A DNA stretch of 64,000 nt, from positions 608,001 through 672,000 of the forward strand of contig CBDBZU010000004.1 of assembly GCA_965213625.1 (NCBI GenBank), in the 5' to 3' direction. The notes beneath the pieces are model-generated. The model was given only the letters and a program-made list of their open reading frames with translations, was not told where the DNA came from and did no database searches. Source of the DNA: a bacterium. GTDB lineage: Bacteria > UBA8248. Each line of letters starts with the position of its first letter. Position 1 is the first letter of the stretch. Shown here one piece after another: positions 56,983 to 64,000 of this stretch. A program made the position numbers and the translations under genes.

Positions 56983-58056
56983 GTGGCCTCAATTACGCTC
57001 CAAAATCTCGTTAAAAAATTTGGTGAAACCGTTACCGCCGTAGCGGGCGTCGACCTCGATGTGAACGACGGCGAGTTCATGGTGGTGGTCGGTCCTTCGG
57101 GCTGCGGAAAAACCACAACGCTCAACATGATATCCGGTTTCGAGGAACCCACGGGCGGATCGATCATGATCGGCGAGCGCGAGGTGACCCACCTCGAACC
57201 GGGCGACCGCGGCTTGGGCATGGTGTTCCAGGACCTCGCCCTGTTCCCACACATGACCGTTTTCGAAAACATCGCCTTCGGGATGCGGGTGGACAAGACG
57301 GCGGATTCAGAGGTGAAGGATCGGGTCTCGAAGGTCGCCACGACCATGAAGATCTCCCATCTTCTATCCAAGAAACCCGCCCAGTGCTCCGGCGGCGAGG
57401 CGCAGCGGGTGGCTCTCGCGCGAACGATCGTCACCGAGCCGCAAGTCCTGCTCATGGACGAGCCGCTCTCCAGTCTGGATGCCAAGCTTCGCATCGAGAT
57501 GCGCACCGAACTCAAGCGCCTGCACGAGGAACTCAAGTCCACCTTCCTTTACGTCACCCACGATCAGGCAGAGGCCATGACGATGGCGGACCGCATCATG
57601 GTCATGGAAAGCGGTTACGTGCAGCAGATCGACACCCCTCTCGGCATATACAGAAAACCGACGAACCAGTTCGTCGGCACGTTCTTCGGTCAACCGACGA
57701 TGAACGTTATCTCCGGGCGCGTCGAAAACGGCGGCTCTTCCAAATTCGTCTCCGAGTATTTCGAGTTGGGCATCGAGGCTGACACCGTGCCCGGCTCTTC
57801 CATTGGGAAAGAGATCAACCTCGGGGTGCGTTCCGAGAACGTGACCATCGGGGATGAAGGAGCGTCCGGCGAAGTGAGGCTTATCGAACCGCTGGGAGAC
57901 GAAACGCTGGTATTCTTCTCCTGCGGCAATGAGGACTTTCTGGTGGCCAAAGTCGACGCCGAGCGCGAGTTCAGTCCCGGCGACAATATCCGATTTGGCT
58001 TTCAATCGGGCGGCATGCACTTTTTCGACGCCGAAAGCGGGGTGCGGCTGGAGTAA
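56983..58056 (+). CDS. CUT1 ABC transporter ATP-binding protein
   Basis: GPSGCGKTT, VFQDLALFPH, CSGGEAQR, DEPLSSLD, YVTHDQAEAM; probable GTG start at 56983. Confidence 0.93.
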   Translation: MASITLQNLVKKFGETVTAVAGVDLDVNDGEFMVVVGPSGCGKTTTLNMISGFEEPTGGSIMIGEREVTHLEPGDRGLGMVFQDLALFPHMTVFENIAFGMRVDKTADSEVKDRVSKVATTMKISHLLSKKPAQCSGGEAQRVALARTIVTEPQVLLMDEPLSSLDAKLRIEMRTELKRLHEELKSTFLYVTHDQAEAMTMADRIMVMESGYVQQIDTPLGIYRKPTNQFVGTFFGQPTMNVISGRVENGGSSKFVSEYFELGIEADTVPGSSIGKEINLGVRSENVTIGDEGASGEVRLIEPLGDETLVFFSCGNEDFLVAKVDAEREFSPGDNIRFGFQSGGMHFFDAESGVRLE

Positions 58057-58224
58057 CAGCCGGCCCTTAACGATGGGGCAACAAGGGCTGTAAAGCTGTA
58101 TCGCATGGAAGTCACAACGCTGGAGGAAGACGGGAACTACTCGGTATCAGGGATTTTGTGTTCGATCTCGGCGATTCTGAAGCAAGTCATCGCCTTTCCA
58201 AACACGAAGGGAGGAGGAATCGAG

Positions 58225-59703
58225 ATGAAGAGAATTTTTCTCGCAACAATGATTCTGATGGGCATCACGATATTCGTGGCCTCGACGGCCATCGCCGCCA
58301 TGATGGTGCACCCCGGGAAGACGGTTGAGGAGCGGGCCATCAACGGTGCGAAAGCGTACATCAAGAAGCATAATCTGAAGAATCCGACCCAGACCATGCT
58401 TCTTATTTCGCTCTTCAAGAACTCCCAGCCGAAATACCTGAGGGAGTGGGAGAAGCTCACCGGCGTCAAGATGAAGACCATCCAGTACGGCTACACCGAC
58501 ATTCCCGCGAAAATCATGGCCGAAGCCGTGGCGAAGACGGGGCAGTACGATGTCATCAACCACTTCCCCTATGTCATTCCAGACGCGGTGGGCGCTGGCA
58601 CGCTCCAGCCTCTGGACGCATACATGGCCAAGGGAAAACCCGATTTTACGGGAATCGACTCGGGCTTGCTTGCGCAGCAGACGTACAAGGGGAAAACCTA
58701 CTGGTTCATCCTCGACGGCGACCACATCGCGCTTTTCCTGCGCTCGGACATCATGAAGGCGGCCGCGAAGGACTATAAGGCCAAGTTCGGCAAGGAACCG
58801 GGATGTCCCGACACGATGGCCGAGTGGGAGCAGATGGCCAAGTACTTCCACACGAAAAAAGGCCAGACCCGCTGGGGCATGAAGTTCGACGCACCGCTCT
58901 ACGGCGCGCAGGCCTACCGGAGCATCAACTTCTCCTACAGGCACTTCCCGGCCTATATGGGCGGACTGCTCTTCGACAAGGACATGAAGCCCACCATCAA
59001 TAGCCCGAACGGTATCCGGGCCATCAAGGAATTCACCTCGATCGTCAAGTACATGCCGCCGGACGTGCAGGGCTGGGGAACGCCGCAGCTCTATCCCCAC
59101 TGGGCGAGCGGACAGGCCTTCTCGTTCATGTCCTTCCCCTCGGCGATGGGCTACGCCAACCGAAACCCGAAGAGCAAAATCAGCGGCAAGCAACTGGCCT
59201 GCCCGGTTCCCGCGGTTAAAGGAGCGAGCGGCAAGATGGTGCGCCGCGCCCCGCAGGCGGCCGGCACCGGCTACATGGTGAACGCGCACGGCAAACACCC
59301 CGAGCTCGCCTACTACTTCGTCCAGTGGTTCACGGGCCCGACCAAGGGTGACGAAGCCATCGCCGATCCCAAAGGCTTCTGGGACCCGATGCGCGCCTCG
59401 AACCTGACGAACAAGGCCGTGCTCGACAAGCACACCGAGCCGTTCGTCAAGATGACGATGAAGAACGCGAAAAACGCCATCTCCCTGCTCATGATCGAGG
59501 GCAACTACGAGTACTTCAACGTGCTCGACAAGAACATGGCGCAGGTCATGCAGGGCAACATCTCCGCTGCGCAGGCGGCGAAGAACGTCGAGAAGGGCTG
59601 GAACCGCATCACCGAAGACATCGGTCGGAAAGAACAAATTGCGGCTTGGAGAGCGAGCGTCGCAAGCGGCGCTTATATCGACAAGTTCGCGCCGACCAAC
59701 TAA
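58225..59703 (+). CDS. CUT1 ABC transporter substrate-binding protein
   Basis: GGAGGAGG RBS, signal peptide, WE..TG.K, P.T..EW...A, between ATPase and permease genes. Confidence 0.88.
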   Translation: MKRIFLATMILMGITIFVASTAIAAMMVHPGKTVEERAINGAKAYIKKHNLKNPTQTMLLISLFKNSQPKYLREWEKLTGVKMKTIQYGYTDIPAKIMAEAVAKTGQYDVINHFPYVIPDAVGAGTLQPLDAYMAKGKPDFTGIDSGLLAQQTYKGKTYWFILDGDHIALFLRSDIMKAAAKDYKAKFGKEPGCPDTMAEWEQMAKYFHTKKGQTRWGMKFDAPLYGAQAYRSINFSYRHFPAYMGGLLFDKDMKPTINSPNGIRAIKEFTSIVKYMPPDVQGWGTPQLYPHWASGQAFSFMSFPSAMGYANRNPKSKISGKQLACPVPAVKGASGKMVRRAPQAAGTGYMVNAHGKHPELAYYFVQWFTGPTKGDEAIADPKGFWDPMRASNLTNKAVLDKHTEPFVKMTMKNAKNAISLLMIEGNYEYFNVLDKNMAQVMQGNISAAQAAKNVEKGWNRITEDIGRKEQIAAWRASVASGAYIDKFAPTN

Positions 59704-59718
59704 TCACCGCGCCAAAGA

Positions 59719-59752
59719 GCGCCCGCTCCGGCCTCGAAACCGGGGCGGGCGC
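59719..59752. promoter_or_regulatory. Intercistronic GC-rich hairpin after the binding-protein gene
   Basis: gcgcccgctccgg/ccggggcgggcgc stem. Confidence 0.55.
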
Positions 59753-59793
59753 CTAGCGCGATACGTTATGATACGAGTAAAGACGAAGGTAAG

Positions 59794-60747
59794 ATGGCCC
59801 AGGCATCGACGGTAAAAGAACGCAAGAGTCTCTCCGCATGGTTGTCGCAGGAGAAGGTGTTCCGCCTGATTCCGTTCATCATGGTGGAGGCGACATTCCT
59901 CCTGCTACTCGCCATTCCCTTCATGCTCACCATCTACATCAGCCTGCTCAAGTGGCGCGCCAACCGGCCCTTCGAGCAGGCCTACTTTCACGGCTTGTTG
60001 AATTACGTCCGCGTTCTCACCACCGAGGATTTCTGGTGGGCGCTCGGGCGGACTTTCTATTTCGCTGGAACGGCTGTCTTCTTCGAGCTGCTCTTCGGTT
60101 TTCTGCTCGCCATGCTGGCCTACAAGCAGTTCCGGGGCAGGCGGATATACATCACGATTTTCCTGATTCCCATGATGGTGGTGCCCGTGGTGGGAGGGTA
60201 CAACTTTTCGATGATCTACATCGACTCGGGACCCCTCAACCAGATTCTGTCTCCCATCACCGAAGCCATGGGCGTGAACCCGCGCATCCGCTGGCTCTCG
60301 CACCCCATCGCCGCGCAGTGGGCGATCATTCTCGCCGACGTATGGCAGTGGACGTCGCTGACATTCCTGATTTTTCTCTCGGGCTTCGCCGCGCTCCCGC
60401 AGCAGCTCACCAACGCGGCGCGCGTTCTGGGGGCGAGCAAGTGGCAGATATTCTGGAAAGTCCACCTGCCGCTGCTTAAGCCCGCCATCATGATCGCCGT
60501 CATCATCCGCTCGATGGAAGCGCTCAAGCTGTTCGATCTGTCCGTGCTGCTCACCTTCGGCGGGCCGGGCACCTCTACCGAGACAATCGCGTTCTTCCTC
60601 TGGCGGCAGGTGTGGCAGTTCAACAAGTACAGCTTCGGCGCGGCCGCCTCCATCATCCTGCTCTTCATGTTCGGAGCACTCATCTTCTACGGAATCTATC
60701 TACTCGTGCGGGAACGCTCCATCGTCGAAGAGGAGAGCATGAGATGA
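59794..60747 (+). CDS. CUT1 ABC transporter permease
   Basis: GLLNY, DVWQWT, NAARVLGA..WQ.F....LP, TFGGPG. Confidence 0.92.
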   Translation: MAQASTVKERKSLSAWLSQEKVFRLIPFIMVEATFLLLLAIPFMLTIYISLLKWRANRPFEQAYFHGLLNYVRVLTTEDFWWALGRTFYFAGTAVFFELLFGFLLAMLAYKQFRGRRIYITIFLIPMMVVPVVGGYNFSMIYIDSGPLNQILSPITEAMGVNPRIRWLSHPIAAQWAIILADVWQWTSLTFLIFLSGFAALPQQLTNAARVLGASKWQIFWKVHLPLLKPAIMIAVIIRSMEALKLFDLSVLLTFGGPGTSTETIAFFLWRQVWQFNKYSFGAAASIILLFMFGALIFYGIYLLVRERSIVEEESMR

Positions 60748-61712
60748 CGAACAATGCAGGCGCGCGCGCGGAGATGTCCTTCGCCAAGCGCTACAACCTC
60801 TTCTTCTGGTTCCGCCACGCAGCTCTAATGCTCTGGGCGATCATGATTATGTTCCCGATCTTCTGGATGGTTTCCACGTCCTTCAAAGATACGGGTGACT
60901 GGGTGACCTGGCCGCCGAACTGGTTCCCGACCTTTCTAGGCGGGGGATACGAACCCACCCTGCACAATTACATGCAGATTTTCAGTGTGGTCGGGCATGG
61001 CGAAGGCCTCAGCCGCGAATACACCGAACAGGCCTTCACGATCTGGGGAGCGGTGCGCGATTCGATGGTCATCTCCTCCATCAGCGCACTGGTCGCGCTT
61101 CTGCTGGGCACGTTCCTGGCTTATTCGATATCGCGCTTCAACGTGGGAGGCAAGTATTTCCGTTACATGATCCTGACCATCCGCATGGTGCCGCCCATCA
61201 TCATCGCGATACCCGTCGTGATGTACTACGCCATCCTGATTCCGTTCGCGACCCAGACGGTTCTCGGCTACCGGATAAGCTTTATCGACAGCTACGTCGG
61301 CCTGGGACTTCTCTATACCGCGACCACGCTGCCCTTCGTCATCTGGATGATGCTGAACTTCATCGAAGAGATTCCTAAGACCATCGAGCACGCCGCCCAA
61401 ATCATGGGCGCGGGCCGCATCTACACGCTGCGCCGCGTCGTGATGCCCCTGGTCGCTCCGGGCATGGTGGTGACCTTCCTGTTCATCTTCATCCTGAACT
61501 GGAGCGAGTTCCTGCTCGCGCTGACGCTCACCCAGCCGAACGTCATTACACTGCCCATCCTGCTCAACAAGTTCCAGAGCGCGGTGGAGGGCAGGCTCTA
61601 CGGGCCGCAGGCTGCGATTGGCACCGTCATCACCGTCCCCGTTGTCATCCTCGGCGTCCTGATCCAGAAGCACCTCATCACGGGATTCAGCTTCGGTACC
61701 ATCCGCAAGTAG
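60744..61712 (+). CDS. CUT1 ABC transporter permease
   Basis: ATGA overlap with the upstream gene; AYSISRF, IP...E.AA...GA, W.EFL.AL, QKHLI.G. Confidence 0.92.
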   Translation: MTNNAGARAEMSFAKRYNLFFWFRHAALMLWAIMIMFPIFWMVSTSFKDTGDWVTWPPNWFPTFLGGGYEPTLHNYMQIFSVVGHGEGLSREYTEQAFTIWGAVRDSMVISSISALVALLLGTFLAYSISRFNVGGKYFRYMILTIRMVPPIIIAIPVVMYYAILIPFATQTVLGYRISFIDSYVGLGLLYTATTLPFVIWMMLNFIEEIPKTIEHAAQIMGAGRIYTLRRVVMPLVAPGMVVTFLFIFILNWSEFLLALTLTQPNVITLPILLNKFQSAVEGRLYGPQAAIGTVITVPVVILGVLIQKHLITGFSFGTIRK

Positions 61713-62048
61713 CCCCTCAGGCAAGTGCGGGCTGGTGAACCCGCGTGTTCGCCCGGAGGTTGCGTATCACGGACATTCCCCGTCTGGTTTTCACAGATGA
61801 ACCCGGTGAGATTCGTGACTCCCTGAACCCGGGCGGACTACCAGGGTGGGTCCCTACCGATGAGGGAAGAGGCTCCTCGATCCGCTATACAAATTAATGA
61901 CTTCTCACCCGAAATTTTGTTATCGTTCCGGGATTGATCTCCCTGAGATACCGACAACGACAGGGAACCATCAGGTCACCCCATATCCCATCGGGCGAAT
62001 ATGGATGATGGAGTGCAAACAGCTCCCGTCCAAAAGGAGAATTTCCAC

Positions 62049-63041
62049 ATGATACGCCATTTTATTCTGATCCTGTCGGCATTCATTATCCTGGGCTGCG
62101 CCGGAGGCGGGGGAGGCGGCGCGTCTGACATGGAGGACCGCATCGACTTCAAAAGGGTCACACAGTTCGACGGCCGGGTACTCGACGTGGAAGTAATTTC
62201 GAAAAACGGACGCACGCTCAGGCTCAACACCGCAAGAGACACCGCTTATTCCTCATCCGCCACCCCGGCGCTACCCAACCACTCCGGCCGCGTCTGGACG
62301 CTTTTCAACAGAACGAGCGACAACACCACCATCGTCTACGCGCTCCTCAATTGGGACAACGATGTGCAAACCGACTATCTGGCCGCCGGGTGGTGGCTCC
62401 AATACGAGGGGCGGCCCCGCTTTCCGCGCTTTCCCATTTTCGCGTCGGAGCGAGGCATTTTCATCGAGGGTACGGAACTCGACACATCCAATCCGCCCAG
62501 TATGCCCGTAACGGGAGGAGCGACCTACGCCGGCGCCTCGGGCGGCCTTTACGCATACCAGTACGGGAGCAGTTGGGGCGCACTCACCGGAACCGAGGTG
62601 TTCGAAGAGGTTCAAGGGGTCATGACCCTCCGCGCGGACTTTACGAACAATACGATTCAGGGCTGCATCGGCTGCGCGGGAGACTTCGAAATCCAGCGCT
62701 CCCATCTGCGCCTCGCCCTGGGGTGGAGACAAGGCGAACCCCCCGAGGCCATGCCCACCGACTACGAAGTGCATCTCGGCCCCACGCCCTTCACGCGGGG
62801 CGGCGCTTTCCGGGCTGAAGACGTGCGGGTGGCGCATCCGGGTCGCAGCGTGGCGCAATCGGGCGGTTCCTGGGAAGGGCGCTTTTCGAACCGGCCTGAC
62901 GGCGAGGGAAATCCCCGCCTCATGGCGGGCACCAGCCTTGCCGAGTTCACGGAATCAGACGGCAGCCGGGGGTCGCTCGAGGGAATCTTCACCGTCCTGA
63001 GCGATACCTTGAGAGCTTCGGGGAACAACCAGGGTCAATAG
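62049..63041 (+). CDS. Lipoprotein with probable TbpB-like C-terminal beta-barrel
   Basis: AAGGAG RBS; lipobox ILG-C, Gly-rich linker; MPVTGGATYAG, L.ADF....I.G, G.W.G.F, G.F strands. Confidence 0.65.
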   Translation: MIRHFILILSAFIILGCAGGGGGGASDMEDRIDFKRVTQFDGRVLDVEVISKNGRTLRLNTARDTAYSSSATPALPNHSGRVWTLFNRTSDNTTIVYALLNWDNDVQTDYLAAGWWLQYEGRPRFPRFPIFASERGIFIEGTELDTSNPPSMPVTGGATYAGASGGLYAYQYGSSWGALTGTEVFEEVQGVMTLRADFTNNTIQGCIGCAGDFEIQRSHLRLALGWRQGEPPEAMPTDYEVHLGPTPFTRGGAFRAEDVRVAHPGRSVAQSGGSWEGRFSNRPDGEGNPRLMAGTSLAEFTESDGSRGSLEGIFTVLSDTLRASGNNQGQ

Positions 63042-63191
63042 AGCGAAGTCCGGAGCGGGTGTGACGCCGGTATGAGCGGGGGATGGCGGGTCGGCATGGT
63101 GCGCTGCAAACGACTCTCTACCGTCAACGGCCTGGCATCTCCGGGATAAATTTTCTTGACATCTCCCGACATTTAATTTACTTAGATCAGC

Positions 63192-64000
63192 ATGATTACC
63201 AAGGTATATATAAAATTCTCGACACTGATCGTCCTCTTTTTATTATCGCTGACGACGGGCTGTTCGCTCGGCGGTTCGGGAGGAGGTTCCGGCGAAGTAA
63301 CCGCTCCGCCTCCAATCCCGGCGCCGACACTCATGCCCGTGCCCCAACCGTTTCGTACACCGACGAGCTTCGTCGACAACGTCCTCAGTGTCGACGTGCG
63401 CTACCACGACGGCCGTACCCGCACCCTCGATACCGTCAGGCATCAGCAAGCCTCGTGGGGGCTTTACCTGCCCCGACCCTTGCAACCCGGCCATACCAGC
63501 CGAGAATGGCTGCTCACGGAAAACCACTACGACGGCAGGATTCTGCTCTACACCGTCGTCGATTGGGATGACGACAACCCTGCCGACTACCTCGCGGCCG
63601 GATGGTGGCTCGTCTATCCGTCCGGCGCACCCCATTTAGCCGTCGAATACGCCACACGCGGCGTCTTTGTCGATGGCCCGGAACTCGACCCCGCCAGACC
63701 GCCGGACCTCCCCCTGACCGGCACGGCCACCTACATCGGCGGCACCGGCGGCCTGTACACGTACAACTACGGCCGCGACTGGGGCGAGGAGTTGGCCGGT
63801 TCTTCCGAGAGAACTGAATTCGCAGGGGTTATCTCGTTTACCGCCGACTTCGCCGGCAAGCGCATCACCGGTTGCCTGGGTTGCCTCAGGCCGATCGAGA
63901 CCTCACCCGGCCGCCACCTCTATCCGCTCTTGTCCTGGCGGAGTCCCGATCCCGCGGCGTCGCCGGCCGATTACGAAATGCGCTTTTCCGCATCCTTTGA
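63192..64000 (+). CDS. Paralogous lipoprotein, 3' truncated by window edge (absent from the ORF track)
   Basis: MITKVYIKFSTLIVLFLLSLTTG-C lipobox, Gly/Pro linker; shares DYLAAGWWL, G.ELD, TG.ATY.G..GGLY.Y.YG..WG and GC.GC with 62049-63041; frame open to base 64000. Confidence 0.8.
   Translation, partial: MITKVYIKFSTLIVLFLLSLTTGCSLGGSGGGSGEVTAPPPIPAPTLMPVPQPFRTPTSFVDNVLSVDVRYHDGRTRTLDTVRHQQASWGLYLPRPLQPGHTSREWLLTENHYDGRILLYTVVDWDDDNPADYLAAGWWLVYPSGAPHLAVEYATRGVFVDGPELDPARPPDLPLTGTATYIGGTGGLYTYNYGRDWGEELAGSSERTEFAGVISFTADFAGKRITGCLGCLRPIETSPGRHLYPLLSWRSPDPAASPADYEMRFSASF

Noticed and set aside
61725-61745. GTGCG as a group II intron 5' end
   Set aside because: No domain V/VI or reverse transcriptase ORF nearby.
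63083-63817. ORF-track calls 63083..63571, 63388..63639 and 63602..63817
   Set aside because: Alternative frames of the real lipoprotein gene starting at 63192, which lacks a stop inside the window.

Overview
GC-rich bacterial chromosomal window, dense in solute transporters and catabolic enzymes. In order: end of a CoxL/XdhA-type Mo-hydroxylase large subunit; a pentaheme cytochrome c; a GNAT; serS; a surface-glycan cassette (FkbM methyltransferase plus two GT25). Next is an operon headed by a hidden selenoprotein that the ORF track splits in two: in-frame TGA at 8174-8176 in a V-U-G-G-C motif of the UGSC family, followed by a SECIS-like hairpin. It continues with a paralog of its C-terminal domain, an FAD oxidoreductase and a CUT1 ABC transporter, and an IS1182-family element sits exactly in the loop of a REPIN-like palindrome within it. 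Then come a NitT/TauT ABC system, a hydantoinase B/A-LLM-aminobenzoate-CoA ligase cluster, nirA-narK-nasA nitrate assimilation with GlnR-like direct repeats, RraA/Zn-dehydrogenase/TRAP genes, a Dpp-type ABC system, a complete phoBR-pstSCAB-phoU locus with Pho boxes, a second CUT1 ABC system, and two tandem paralogous beta-barrel-type lipoproteins. Several REP/MITE families occupy the intergenic spaces. No rRNA, tRNA or CRISPR array was seen. Family calls come from motif recognition by eye; no searches were run.
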